Source: Candidatus Eiseniibacteriota bacterium (lineage in GTDB: Bacteria; Eisenbacteria; RBG-16-71-46). From it: a DNA stretch of 64,000 nt. The position numbers were made by a program, and so were the translations under genes. A model generated the notes under the pieces. That model saw only the letters and a list, made by a program, of their open reading frames with translations, searched no databases and was not told where the DNA came from. The stretch is from positions 1,760 through 65,759 of the forward strand of contig JACRPT010000146.1 in NCBI GenBank assembly GCA_016223045.1, read 5' to 3'. Of this stretch, positions 41,693 through 53,052 are shown piece by piece. Every line of letters begins with the position of its first letter. The first letter of the stretch is position 1.

Positions 41693-42394
41693 ATGAGAAA
41701 GACCGCTACCGCGCTGTTCGCTCTCGCCCTCGTCGCTTCGATGGCCACGGCTGCGCTCGCCGCGAACGCCGTGCGCATCAGCCAGGTGTACGGCGGCGGC
41801 GGCAACACGGGCGCGACGTACAACAACGACTACGTCGAGCTGTTCAACAACTCCGGCTCCGCGGTCAGCATCGGCGGCTGGTCGCTGCAGTACGGCTCGG
41901 CCACCGGAACCGTGAATCTCGGGGCGTGCACGAACTGCCTCACGGTCATCCCGTCGGGCGCCTCGATCCCGCCGTGCGGCTACTACCTCATCCAGCTCGC
42001 GGCCGGCACGATCGCGGGTCCGCCGCTCCCGGTGACCCCGGATCTCATCATCCCGCAGGCGACGGCCAACAACCTGAGCGGCACCAGCGGCAAGATCGGG
42101 CTGAAGTCTGACGCCATCACCACGCCGTGCGTGCCGCAGACGGCGTTCGTGGACCTGGTCGGCTACGGCACCGCGAATTGCAAGGAAGGCGCGACCGCTG
42201 CCCCGACGCTGAGCAACACCGAGATGGCGGTCCGCAATGGCGGCGGCACGGTTGACACCGACGTCAACGGTTCCGACTTCACGAAGGTCGCGGGCGCGGT
42301 CCCGCACAACTCGGCCTCGCCGGCGAACGCGGGCTGCCTCGTGACGCCGACGATCCCGCAGAGCTGGGGCAAGCTGAAGGTCCTCTATCGCTGA
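41693..42394 (+). CDS. Secreted lamin-tail-domain protein with C-terminal SWGKLKVLYR motif
   Basis: ISQVYGGGGN..ATY.NDYVELFN, GWSLQY, YYLIQ, D.VGYG. Confidence 0.88.
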   Translation: MRKTATALFALALVASMATAALAANAVRISQVYGGGGNTGATYNNDYVELFNNSGSAVSIGGWSLQYGSATGTVNLGACTNCLTVIPSGASIPPCGYYLIQLAAGTIAGPPLPVTPDLIIPQATANNLSGTSGKIGLKSDAITTPCVPQTAFVDLVGYGTANCKEGATAAPTLSNTEMAVRNGGGTVDTDVNGSDFTKVAGAVPHNSASPANAGCLVTPTIPQSWGKLKVLYR

Positions 42395-42430
42395 TCAGCG
42401 CGCGGGCATCGCCCGAGCGATCGCTTCACC

Positions 42431-42460
42431 CGAAGGCCCGGCCAGCGCGCCGGGCCTTCG
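42431..42460. terminator. Stem-loop downstream of the LTD gene
   Basis: CGAAGGCCCGGC-cagcgc-GCCGGGCCTTCG; no clear U-tract. Confidence 0.55.
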
Positions 42461-42828
42461 GCGTTCCGGGCAGCCCCGCCGGGGACTTTGACCCCGGTGC
42501 TGTAAGAAAACTTCATCGCGTTGCGGGAAGCTTGCGGCCCACGAGGCCCGGCCTGGCCCCCGGCCGCCGGGCGGACCGCTCGCAACCGCCAGCGGCTCAA
42601 ACCTGTCCGCGCCCGGAAGCCCGGGAATCGGCGAAGCGCGAGGGAGACAGCACCTAGTCCGCTGCCCTTCAACCCGTTGTGTGGCTGGAGGGTCGGGGGG
42701 CGAGGTTCGCCCGTTCTCGGCGAGCGATTTGCATGTCGTAGCGAGCAGGGACACCGGTCCTCGTGGCCGCTCCGTCCCCCGGCACCCGAGCCGCCGTCAG
42801 GCGCCCAGGACCCAGCACAGGAGAACCC

Positions 42829-44634
42829 ATGGCCCGAGCCCCGCGGTCACAGCCCGTGACGTCGAGGAGGAACAACCGCGGCCTGCGCGCCGCCGCGGTC
42901 CCGGCCATGCAGCGCCCGGGCATCGAAGGCCCCACTGCCGCGCGACCCGCGACCGTGACGAACCTCCCGATGGAGGTCGCGCGCCAGGCGCAGCGCGAGA
43001 TGGACCGCCTGCGCCGCCTGCCGCCCGGCTCTCCCGAGGCCGGGCAGGTGCGCGGCTACCTGCAGTGGCTGTGGTCCATGCCGTGGGACCTGAGCGCGCC
43101 CGAGGACGCGGACCTCAAGGCCGTCGAATCCACGCTGGAGCGCGAACACCTCGGCCTGGTGAAGGCGAAGGAGCGCATCGTCGAGTACCTCGCGGTGCGC
43201 CGGCTCAAGGCCGACCTGCCCGGGCCCGCGCTGTGCCTGGTCGGCCCGCCCGGGACGGGCAAGTCGTCGCTGTGCGCCGCGGCCGCGCACGCGCTCGGCC
43301 GCCCGTTCGTGCGCATCAACGTCTCGGGCACCAGCGACGTGGGCGAGCTGCGCGGCGTGCCGCGCACGCTGCCGGGCGCCCAGCCCGGCAAGCTGGTGCG
43401 CGCGCTGCGCGACGCCGGGGTGTGCAACCCGGTCATCATGATCGACGGCGTGGACCGGCTGGTCGGCGAGGGCGGGCTCGGCGTGCTGGAGGCGCTGCTC
43501 GAGCTGCTCGACCCCGAGAGCAACGCCCACTTCACCGACCACTACCTGGGCATCTCGGTCGACCTCTCGCACGCGGTGCTGCTGCTGTGCGCGACCAGCC
43601 CGGACATGCTCCCCGACCTACTGCAGGAGCGCATCGAGGTCATCGAGGTGCCGGGCTACGGCGAGGACGAGAAGCTGGAGATCGCGAAGCGCTTCCTGAT
43701 GCCGCGCCAGCTCGCGGAGCACGGCCTCACGCCGCGCGACCTCAAGCTCCCCGAGGAGACGCTGCGCGCCATGGTGCGCCACTACACGCTCGAAGCGGGC
43801 GTGCGCGGCCTGGCGCGCCAGATCGCCACCGTCTGCCGCAAGGTGGCGCGCGCGCGCGCCACCGGCGACCGCCGCCGCCACGACGTGACGCCCGAGCGGC
43901 TCGAGCGCTATCTCGGGCACCGCATCTACACGCCGGAGATGGTGGGCAAGAGCGACGAGGTCGGGGTGGCCGCCGGCCTGGCCTGGACCGCCGCGGGCGG
44001 CGAGATCCTCGTGGTCGAGGCGCTCAAGATGCCGGGCTCGGGACGGGTGGTCACGACCGGCCAGCTCGGCGAGGTGATGAAGGAGTCGGTGCAGGCCGCG
44101 CATTCCTACGTGCGCTCGCGCGCCGACCTGCTCGAGATCGACGCCGAGGCCTTCTCGAACTACGACATCCACATCCACTTCCCCGCGGCGGGCGTGCCCA
44201 AGGACGGCCCCTCGGCCGGCATCACCGTGGGGCTGGTCATCGCCTCGGTGCTGAGCGACCGGCCCATCCGCCACGACATCGCCATGACCGGCGAGGTGAG
44301 CCTGCGCGGCAAGGTCCTCGCCGTGGGCGGGCTGCGCGAGAAGGCGCTGGCCGCCTACCGCGCCGGGTTCCGCACGTTCATCTTCCCCACCGCGAACGAG
44401 AAGGACGTGGACGACATCCCGCCCGACGTGCGCGACCGCCTCGAGCTGGTCTCGGTCGAGACCATGGACGACGTGTTCGGCGTGGCGCTCCACCGCGTCA
44501 TCGTGCCGCAGCGGGTGGGCGGCAACTTCATCATCGAGGTGGAGGACGACGGGGAAGGCGACGCGGAGACCGAGATCGAGCGCCGCGACCAACCGAAGAC
44601 CGCGCGCGGCAGGAAGGCGAGGCGGGAGCGGTAG
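42829..44634 (+). CDS. lon: Lon-family (S16) protease lacking the N-domain, with degenerate ATPase
   Basis: H.GL.K.KERI.EYLAV, GPPGTGKS, EAGVR, GLAWT..GG, PKDGPSAG, GGLREK. Confidence 0.9.
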   Translation: MARAPRSQPVTSRRNNRGLRAAAVPAMQRPGIEGPTAARPATVTNLPMEVARQAQREMDRLRRLPPGSPEAGQVRGYLQWLWSMPWDLSAPEDADLKAVESTLEREHLGLVKAKERIVEYLAVRRLKADLPGPALCLVGPPGTGKSSLCAAAAHALGRPFVRINVSGTSDVGELRGVPRTLPGAQPGKLVRALRDAGVCNPVIMIDGVDRLVGEGGLGVLEALLELLDPESNAHFTDHYLGISVDLSHAVLLLCATSPDMLPDLLQERIEVIEVPGYGEDEKLEIAKRFLMPRQLAEHGLTPRDLKLPEETLRAMVRHYTLEAGVRGLARQIATVCRKVARARATGDRRRHDVTPERLERYLGHRIYTPEMVGKSDEVGVAAGLAWTAAGGEILVVEALKMPGSGRVVTTGQLGEVMKESVQAAHSYVRSRADLLEIDAEAFSNYDIHIHFPAAGVPKDGPSAGITVGLVIASVLSDRPIRHDIAMTGEVSLRGKVLAVGGLREKALAAYRAGFRTFIFPTANEKDVDDIPPDVRDRLELVSVETMDDVFGVALHRVIVPQRVGGNFIIEVEDDGEGDAETEIERRDQPKTARGRKARRER

Positions 44635-44676
44635 CCGCCTGCGCCGCGGCGCCGCGCCTGGGGCAGCAGCCCATGG

Positions 44677-45885
<1,209 letters not shown>

Positions 45886-46028
45886 GGCGGAATCCCTCTT
45901 GGATAGGTCAAGGGCTGGAAACGCGTGCAATCTAGCACGCCGGCCCGGCGCGAGTGAGCCCCCCCGCGGCACACGCCTTGCCTTTTCCGGGCGTCCCGCT
46001 CCGACGTCCCAGGCACAGGAGGGCCCCC

Positions 46029-47393
46029 GTGTCCAAGTTCGATCTCCGCGACATCTCGGACCGGCTCACCAACTCGAAGGACACCGAGGCCGTGGTCTAC
46101 GAGTTCCTCGGCTATCTGCAGGCGGTGCGCTCGGATTGGCGCGCCTCCCTGGCCTTCTACGAGGTGAGCGGCGACGCGCTGGTGAACATCTACGAGCGCC
46201 GCGCCAACCAGCTGGTGCGGCGCGACGTCTCGATCCCGGTGGACCAGCTCCCGGTCCGACTCGTGCGAAAGTTCTTCCACCCCAGTGCATTTTTCAATCA
46301 TTCCAGCCGCCGCTCCCTCCTGTCCCACCTGTTCGGGAGCTCGCCCAGCTACGAGCCCGACCCGCTCGAGGCTCCGGGCCTGAAGCCGCTGGCCGCGCTG
46401 CCGGCCTGGCACTCGTGCGTGTGCATGCCGCTGGCCGACGCCGAGGACATGCTGGCGATGCTGGTGCTGGTGAGCGAGAAGAAGAACGCCTTCGGCAGCA
46501 AGGCGGTGGGCGAGATCATCCCGGTCAAGAGCATGGCGGCGCTCGCGCTGGCGCAGCACCTCTACCGCAGCGCGCGCGCCCGCGATCCGCGGCCCGGCGA
46601 CGGCACGGTGCCGTCCGCGGGCGCCGACTTCCAGGAGCGGATCCAGCGGCTCAACGTGCAGGCCAGCGCGCTCGAGGAGGAGAACCGGACGAAGAGCCGC
46701 CAGCTCGAGGCGCTGGCCGGCGAGATCGAGCTGCTCGACAAGAACTCGACGCAGTACAAGCAGGAGCTCGAGCGGGTGAAGTCCGTGATCTACGCGCTCG
46801 AGGAGCAGTCGGCGGCCGCGACCCAGCACCTGACCGAGGCCTACTCGGAGCTCAACGTCACGCGCCAGCGCATGACCGAGCTGCAGCGCACGGTGCGCTT
46901 CATGAAGGAGGTGTTCCTGCTGCTGGCGCAGGAGCACGAGGCGCGCGCGCTGCCGTCCACGCTGGTGGCGTGGTTCTGCGAGCACTTCCACGTCGACCGC
47001 TGCAGCCTGATGCTGCTGGACGACAGCCGCGAGACGCTTTCGATCGCGGCGCAGCGCGGCATCGACCCCAACGTGGCGGTGCGGGTCAAGGTGCGCGTCG
47101 GCCAGGGCATCTCGGGCTGGGTGGCGCACAACCGCAAGCCGCTGTTCGTGCGGGTGCGCGATGACGCCTCGGAGGGGCAGCACACCGACCGCGAGGCCTA
47201 CAACTCGGATTCGTTCATCTGCGTGCCGCTCACCTACAACGACCGCGTGGTGGGCGTGCTCAACCTGAGCAACAAGCGCGACGGCGAGCCGTTCGACGAG
47301 TTCGACCTCGACCGCGCCCTGCTCTCGGGCGCGGTGATCGCGATGACGCTGGGCGGGCAGGCCCTGGCCCGGCGTTCCGCGGCCTGGGCGTAG
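46029..47393 (+). CDS. GAF - coiled coil - GAF protein with no output domain
   Basis: GTG with AGGAGG SD; CSLML.D, GQGISGWVA, SFICVPL...VVGVLN..NK. Confidence 0.8.
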   Translation: MSKFDLRDISDRLTNSKDTEAVVYEFLGYLQAVRSDWRASLAFYEVSGDALVNIYERRANQLVRRDVSIPVDQLPVRLVRKFFHPSAFFNHSSRRSLLSHLFGSSPSYEPDPLEAPGLKPLAALPAWHSCVCMPLADAEDMLAMLVLVSEKKNAFGSKAVGEIIPVKSMAALALAQHLYRSARARDPRPGDGTVPSAGADFQERIQRLNVQASALEEENRTKSRQLEALAGEIELLDKNSTQYKQELERVKSVIYALEEQSAAATQHLTEAYSELNVTRQRMTELQRTVRFMKEVFLLLAQEHEARALPSTLVAWFCEHFHVDRCSLMLLDDSRETLSIAAQRGIDPNVAVRVKVRVGQGISGWVAHNRKPLFVRVRDDASEGQHTDREAYNSDSFICVPLTYNDRVVGVLNLSNKRDGEPFDEFDLDRALLSGAVIAMTLGGQALARRSAAWA

Positions 47394-47564
47394 ACCAGCC
47401 GCCAGCGAAGCGGTCCGGCTCGGGAGACCGGGCCGGGCCTGCTTCGTGGTGTGCGTCGTGGCGTGGTGCTGCGTCACGCCATATGACCGCTGGGCCGGCC
47501 GACCCTCTCGGTCCGGCGCGGTCCCACGGCCCCCGTCAACCCTGGCGCCGGCGCTGACGCACCG

Positions 47565-48125
47565 CTAGAAGCCCTTGCGTCCCGCGACCACCACCGCGTC
47601 GAGCCGGCTCAGGCGGATGCGCCCGTTCAGCGGATCGCCCGCCGAGGGGCCGTGCAGCGAGGTCGTGATGGTGAGCCGCATCTGGCGCTGGGTGAAGAGC
47701 GCGGCCACGCGCGGGTCGGCGGGCAACTCGACCTGCACGGTGTCGGTGACGCCGGGTTGGAGCGCGAACGCCGACTCGATGAGCGGCGCGGTGGTCAGCG
47801 GGTCGGTGTCCACGTCGCTGGCGTAGACCCGCAGCGTGTCGAGCCCCGAGCCGCTCGAGTCGCTCACCACCGCCGCCATCGTGATCGAGACGGTCTGCAC
47901 CGCGGCCACGCTGTTCATGCCTTCGAGCAGGTTGATGGTGGCGTCGCTCACCAGCGGCTGCTCGCCGCTCTCGAAGCCCCCAGGGATGGGCGGCACCGGC
48001 CCGAAGGCGGCCTGCGTGTCCGCCGGATCGAGGTAGCTCAGCACGTCCACGTTCAGGATAAGATGGCGGTCGCCGCAGCCCGCGAGGGCCAGCGCCGCGA
48101 GCGTGACGATCAGGATGCGTCGCAT
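47565..48125 (-). CDS. Hypothetical lipoprotein
   Basis: Lipobox LAGC. Confidence 0.75.
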   Translation of the reverse strand: MRRILIVTLAALALAGCGDRHLILNVDVLSYLDPADTQAAFGPVPPIPGGFESGEQPLVSDATINLLEGMNSVAAVQTVSITMAAVVSDSSGSGLDTLRVYASDVDTDPLTTAPLIESAFALQPGVTDTVQVELPADPRVAALFTQRQMRLTITTSLHGPSAGDPLNGRIRLSRLDAVVVAGRKGF

Positions 48126-48142
48126 GGGCGTCCCCCCCGGGC

Positions 48143-49480
48143 TCAGTGGTAGAACGCGAGGCCGGCGCCCAGCTCGACGCCGCGCTCGCGCGACAGGTTG
48201 CGGCTGTGGGTGGCGACCGCGGCGTCGAGGCCGAAGCGCCCGAAGCGCACGCCGGCGCCGCCCGAGGCCTGCGCCATCCGGTTCGCGTCGAGGTTCGCGC
48301 CCGCGCGCAGCGCGACTCGTCCGAGCCACACTTCCGCGCCGCCGTGCACCAGCGTGGCGTTCACCCCGCGCACCGCGTCGGCCGCCACCAGGAAGCGCCC
48401 GAGGCGCGCCGCGGCGTTCGCCGTCACGGTGACGGGGACGCTGCTGGTGAGCGCCTGGTCGCGCGCCAGCACCTGCTGCACGTAGTCGCCGGTCGCGCTG
48501 TCGCTGGTGGCGATGCTCTCGCGCACGCGCCAGTCCAGGCGCGTGGCCACGTCGTTCACGCCCACACCCAGCTCGAGCCCGCCCACCAGCCACACGGCGC
48601 CCAGGTCCAGGCCGCGCCCGATGCGCCCGCCCTCCGGGCCGGTGTCGCGGAAGTGTCCCGTGTAGTGCACGTCCACCGGGTCGGCCGCGAACAGCGTGTC
48701 GCGCGTGGTGAACGACACCACGTTGTCGGCGTCGGCGTAGGCCAGCCCGCGCAGCACCTTGACCCGCGCACCGGCGTAGAGCCCCGAGCCGCCGCGCTCG
48801 CGCGGGTCGCCGCGCTTCGCGAGCGCGCCGGCCCAGCCGAGCTGGACACCCGCCGCGGCCTGGCCGCGGGCGTGGTCGAGCATCGCGTACTGCGTGAGCG
48901 TCCGGAACTCCTCGCCGTCGATCACGCGCTGGAGCGGATCGTTCAGGCTCAGGTCGTTCTCGTAGTGCACCAGCGGCGCCACCGCAACGAAGAACCGGTG
49001 GATGCCGAAGCCGATGGCGGGCGAGCCGTTCACCACGCCGATCCGGCTGTGCCCCCTGGGGAAGACATCCCTGACCTCGCCGAGGTCCACCGCGAGGCGG
49101 TCCTTCGCCACCACGATGGTGATGTCGCTCGAGGGCGCCGGCGGCGCCACCAGCTGCAGGTTCCAGGGCGGGTTGTAGAGCAGGTTCGCGAGCTCGTAGA
49201 TGTTGAAGTCGGGCTGGTCGGGATCGAGCTCGGGCGGATCCGCGATGAGCGGGATGAGCCCGAAGGGCAACGTGATCCCCGAGCCCGAGCCGGCAGCGGC
49301 GGAGACCGCCCGGTAGGCCACGTTCGAGGCGTCACTGCCCGGCCCGCCGCCGGCCAGGACCACGCCGCCCATGGCCATGCGTCTTGCACTGAACGACTGA
49401 GCGGCCGCCTGCCCCGAAGCCGCGACGAGGGCCAGCAGGACGCCCATCAAAAGCATGCGCCGCATGAGGTTCCTTTTCAT
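48143..49480 (-). CDS. Outer-membrane beta-barrel protein (TraF/FadL/PorV-like)
   Basis: Signal peptide; SARRMAMGG; G.GLDLG; C-terminal aromatic residues. Confidence 0.7.
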   Translation of the reverse strand: MKRNLMRRMLLMGVLLALVAASGQAAAQSFSARRMAMGGVVLAGGGPGSDASNVAYRAVSAAAGSGSGITLPFGLIPLIADPPELDPDQPDFNIYELANLLYNPPWNLQLVAPPAPSSDITIVVAKDRLAVDLGEVRDVFPRGHSRIGVVNGSPAIGFGIHRFFVAVAPLVHYENDLSLNDPLQRVIDGEEFRTLTQYAMLDHARGQAAAGVQLGWAGALAKRGDPRERGGSGLYAGARVKVLRGLAYADADNVVSFTTRDTLFAADPVDVHYTGHFRDTGPEGGRIGRGLDLGAVWLVGGLELGVGVNDVATRLDWRVRESIATSDSATGDYVQQVLARDQALTSSVPVTVTANAAARLGRFLVAADAVRGVNATLVHGGAEVWLGRVALRAGANLDANRMAQASGGAGVRFGRFGLDAAVATHSRNLSRERGVELGAGLAFYH

Positions 49481-49674
49481 CCGAGGGGACCTGGAACGGG
49501 CCAGAGGTGGGGCTGGCCCCCGGAGATCACGGCAAGGACCGGGCCAGACCCGGGGTGCGCGGGCCGGGCCTGGCAGGCTGACGAAGAGGCCGAGCCCGGG
49601 GACCGGAGAAGCAGGTCTGCCCAGGGAGCGCGTCCCGCTCCGCGGTCACCTCGCCGCCGCGGTGATCGGGTTCT

Positions 49675-50190
49675 TCAGCAGCCGGGCGGGCGGCCGAAGA
49701 AGTCGGCGAGCGCCTTGCGGTGGGAGGCGAAGGCGACGGCGCGCGGCAGCTCGGCGCGCGGGAAGAAGCGCGCAGCGACGGCGTCATCACCCGGCCGGAT
49801 GCGGCCGCCGGCGCGCTCCGCGGTGTAGAGGATCAGCACCGAGCGCACCCGCGGGTCGTCCACGCCCGCGTAGACGCCGAACAGGCCGGTGAGCCGGGCC
49901 ACGATGCCGGTCTCCTCGCGCAGCTCGCGCACCGCGCAATGCTCCGGCGACTCGCCGTACTCCATGAAGCCCGCCGGCAGGCACCACGCGCCGGCGCGCG
50001 GATCGAACTTCCGCTTCACCATGAGCACGCCGCCGCGGTGCACCAGGATCACGCCCGCGGCGGGCACGGGGTTGCGGTAGTAGACCCAGCCGCACCTCGG
50101 GCACGCCGGCCGCGGATGCCCGTTGTCGTCGCGCTCCTCGAGCCGCGTGGCGCAGCGGATGCAGAAGTGAGGCGCGCGGGGCGGTGGCAT
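49675..50190 (-). CDS. NUDIX hydrolase with N-terminal Zn ribbon
   Basis: CxxC x2; Nudix box G.MEYGE....A.REL.EETG. Confidence 0.92.
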   Translation of the reverse strand: MPPPRAPHFCIRCATRLEERDDNGHPRPACPRCGWVYYRNPVPAAGVILVHRGGVLMVKRKFDPRAGAWCLPAGFMEYGESPEHCAVRELREETGIVARLTGLFGVYAGVDDPRVRSVLILYTAERAGGRIRPGDDAVAARFFPRAELPRAVAFASHRKALADFFGRPPGC

Positions 50191-50435
50191 GGAGGGCGGA
50201 GACTACGTTTCGCGCGCGCGGCGCGCAAGACGCGCGACCAGAGGCGAGGGGTCATCCGGGCCGGCCCGCCACCCGCACGAAGGCCCGGCCGATCCACTGG
50301 CCGGGCCTCCCCGTGCGCTGCCGGAATGGTGCGTCGCGCTGCACCTTGCCGCCCGATGATCGCCCCTTTCTTGCACCTGAGACGGTGCGGGCGGGTCGGT
50401 CGATCGTCCCTCCCGGCCGCGTTCCGCGCCGCGAC

Positions 50436-51440
50436 TCAGTCGCGGTCGCGCTCCTGCTCGAGCTGCTTCTGCAGCTCGTCGAGCTGGCGGCGGAGCTGGT
50501 CGAGCTCGCGCCGGATGTCGTCGCGGTCGCCGCCGCGGATGCGGATCTCGCGTCGGATCGTCGGCCCGCGGTCGCCGAGCATCCCCTCGCCGGGACCGGG
50601 CCGCAGCGCACGCGGCGCCGGCTCGAGCTCGGCCTCGACGTTGCGCGTGACGCCCTTGCGCATCACGTCGAGCGAGACCCTGCCTTCCTTCTCACGCAAC
50701 GCCTGGACCAGATCCTCGGTGTCAACCACCGCCTGGTCGTCCACGCGGGTGATGACGTCGCCCGCCTTGAGCCCGGCCTTCAGCGCCGGAGTGTCCTTCA
50801 GGACCTCGAGCACCAGCACGCCCCTGCCTCCGCGCACGCCGACGGCGTCGGCGAGGTCCGGATTCAACGTCTCGATGCGCACGCCGAGCCGGCCGCGCCC
50901 GGGCATCAGGACCCGGACGTCCGGGATCTCGATATCGAGGTCGTGCGGGACGCCCTGCCATTCGCGCCCGCGTGGCGGCTTGAAGCGCAGCTCGCCCGGC
51001 GCGGGCGGCTGCGGCGGAGCGCCGGGCTCCAGGTCCTGTTCTTCGGGACGCGCCGCGAGCTTCGCGGCGAGCGTCCTCTTCACGTCGCCGCGCACGACGC
51101 CGATGGCGATCTCCTGGCCGACCTTCGCCGCGCGCACGATGTCCACCAGCGCCCGCGGCGCGTCCACCGCGCGCGAGTTGACGCTCACGATCACGTCGCC
51201 CTTGCGCAGCCCGGCCTCGTCCGCCGGGCTGTCCTTGACGACGCGGCTCACCAGCACGCCGCTCGCGCCCTGGTACTCGATGCCCTCGCGCAGCTCGGGC
51301 GTGAGCTCCTGCGTGACCACACCGAGCCACGCGGTCGGCGCGGCCGGCTCGCGCGCGGGCGCGGCCGTGGCGAGACCCGCGGCCAGCAGCACCGCCGCGC
51401 TCGCCGGCCCCCACCACCTGACTCCTGCGTTTCTTCGCAT
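50436..51440 (-). CDS. Secreted tandem-PDZ protein
   Basis: WLGV...SPA..AGL..GDVI and RLGV...TPA.KAGLK.GDVI; C-terminal coiled coil. Confidence 0.88.
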   Translation of the reverse strand: MRRNAGVRWWGPASAAVLLAAGLATAAPAREPAAPTAWLGVVTQELTPELREGIEYQGASGVLVSRVVKDSPADEAGLRKGDVIVSVNSRAVDAPRALVDIVRAAKVGQEIAIGVVRGDVKRTLAAKLAARPEEQDLEPGAPPQPPAPGELRFKPPRGREWQGVPHDLDIEIPDVRVLMPGRGRLGVRIETLNPDLADAVGVRGGRGVLVLEVLKDTPALKAGLKAGDVITRVDDQAVVDTEDLVQALREKEGRVSLDVMRKGVTRNVEAELEPAPRALRPGPGEGMLGDRGPTIRREIRIRGGDRDDIRRELDQLRRQLDELQKQLEQERDRD

Positions 51441-51569
51441 CGGAATCCTCCTGTGCTAGCGTCTGTGCGGGCTTCGCCGGGGCGACGGCGTTCGCCCCCT
51501 TCAACGCCATCGCCTCCACCCCGGTTCCAGGAACTTGCCCACCGCGACGCGGCACCCCCCGAACGCCCC

Positions 51570-52985
51570 ATGAAGGTCAACGAGCTGTTAACTCTCGAGG
51601 TCGTGGACCTCGCGCTGGGCGGGAAGGCGCTGGCGCGGCACGAGGGCCGCGCGGTGTTCCTCGACCGCGGCCTTCCCGGCGACACGGTGCGCGCGCGCGT
51701 GAGCCGCGTGAAGCCCGGCTGGGCCGAAGCGCGCCTGCTCGGCGTCGAGTCCCCTTCGCCGTTGCGGATCGAGGCACCGTGCCCGCACTTCCGCGCGCGG
51801 CAGTGCGGCGGGTGCAGCTTCCAGGACCTGCGCTACGAGGAGCAGCTCGCCGCCAAGCAGCGCCAGGTGCGCGACACGCTCGTGCACCTGGGCGGGATCG
51901 CCGCGCCCGACGTGCGGCCGATCCGTCCCGCGCCCGAGCAGACCGGCTACCGCAACAAGATGGAGTTCAGCTTCCACCCCGGCGCGGACGGCCCGGTGGT
52001 GCTCGGCCTGCACGAGCGCGGCACCTTCGACCGCGTGTTCGAGATCGAGACCTGCCTGCTGCCGAGCGCGCTCACGCTCGAGATCGTGCGCCGCACGCGC
52101 GACTTCGCGCGCGCGCACGCCTGGAGCGCCTACGACCCGCGCGCCCACACCGGCGTGGCGCGCTACCTGACCGTGCGCCACCTGCCGCACGTCGCGCAGT
52201 GCGCCGTGCACCTGGTGGCGGCGTCGGACGAACTCGCCGGGCTCGACGAATGGGCGCGATCCGTCGCCGCGCTCTCCGGCGAGGTGCGCACCGTCACCCT
52301 GCTCCTCAACCGCTCGCGCGCCAACATCGCGTCCGGCGACGAGGAGCGCGTGCTGCACGGCGACGGCGTCATCGTCGAGCGGCTGCTCGGCCTCGAGTTC
52401 GAAGCCACCGCGAACGCGTTCCTCCAGACCAACAGCCGGCAGGCCGAGGCGCTCTACGCCGCCGCGCTCGAGGCCGCGGCGCTCGAAGGGCGCGAGACCG
52501 CGCTCGACCTCTACTGCGGCACCGGCACGCTCACGCTGCTGCTCGCGCGCCGCGCCGGGCTCGCGGTGGGCGTCGAGTCGGTGGGCGACGCGGTGGCGCG
52601 TGCCCGCCGCAACGCCGCGCGCAACGGGATCACCAACGCGCGCTTCGTCGAGGGCGAGTCGCGCCCGGTGCTGCGCGAGTGGGCGCGTGGCGAGCGGCCG
52701 GCGCCGTGGCCCGCCGCGGCGCCCCCGCCGCGGGTGGTTGTGGTGGACCCGCCGCGCGCCGGGCTCCACCCGCGCGTGGTCGCGCGGATCTCGGAGCTCC
52801 AGCCCGAGCGCGTGGTCTACGTCTCCTGCAACCCGGCGACGCTGGCGCGCGACGTGAAGGACTTCGCCCTGGCCGGCTGGCGGCTCGCCGAGGTCACGCC
52901 CTTCGACATGTTCCCGCACACGCCGCACATCGAGTGCGTGGCGCGGCTCGAGCGGGCGTCGGGCGGCGCGCCCCGGCCGGCATGA
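51570..52985 (+). CDS. rlmD: 23S rRNA m5U1939 methyltransferase
   Basis: TRAM domain; C..F...CGGC; YRNKMEF; FLQTN; DLYCGTG; DPPRAG; YVSCNP; DMFPHT.H.E. Confidence 0.95.
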   Translation: MKVNELLTLEVVDLALGGKALARHEGRAVFLDRGLPGDTVRARVSRVKPGWAEARLLGVESPSPLRIEAPCPHFRARQCGGCSFQDLRYEEQLAAKQRQVRDTLVHLGGIAAPDVRPIRPAPEQTGYRNKMEFSFHPGADGPVVLGLHERGTFDRVFEIETCLLPSALTLEIVRRTRDFARAHAWSAYDPRAHTGVARYLTVRHLPHVAQCAVHLVAASDELAGLDEWARSVAALSGEVRTVTLLLNRSRANIASGDEERVLHGDGVIVERLLGLEFEATANAFLQTNSRQAEALYAAALEAAALEGRETALDLYCGTGTLTLLLARRAGLAVGVESVGDAVARARRNAARNGITNARFVEGESRPVLREWARGERPAPWPAAAPPPRVVVVDPPRAGLHPRVVARISELQPERVVYVSCNPATLARDVKDFALAGWRLAEVTPFDMFPHTPHIECVARLERASGGAPRPA

Positions 52986-53052
52986 GTGCGGCGCGCACAC
53001 CTGTCCCCCGCCTGACATGCGCGCACACCGCCCTGTGCTACCCTTTCGCGCG

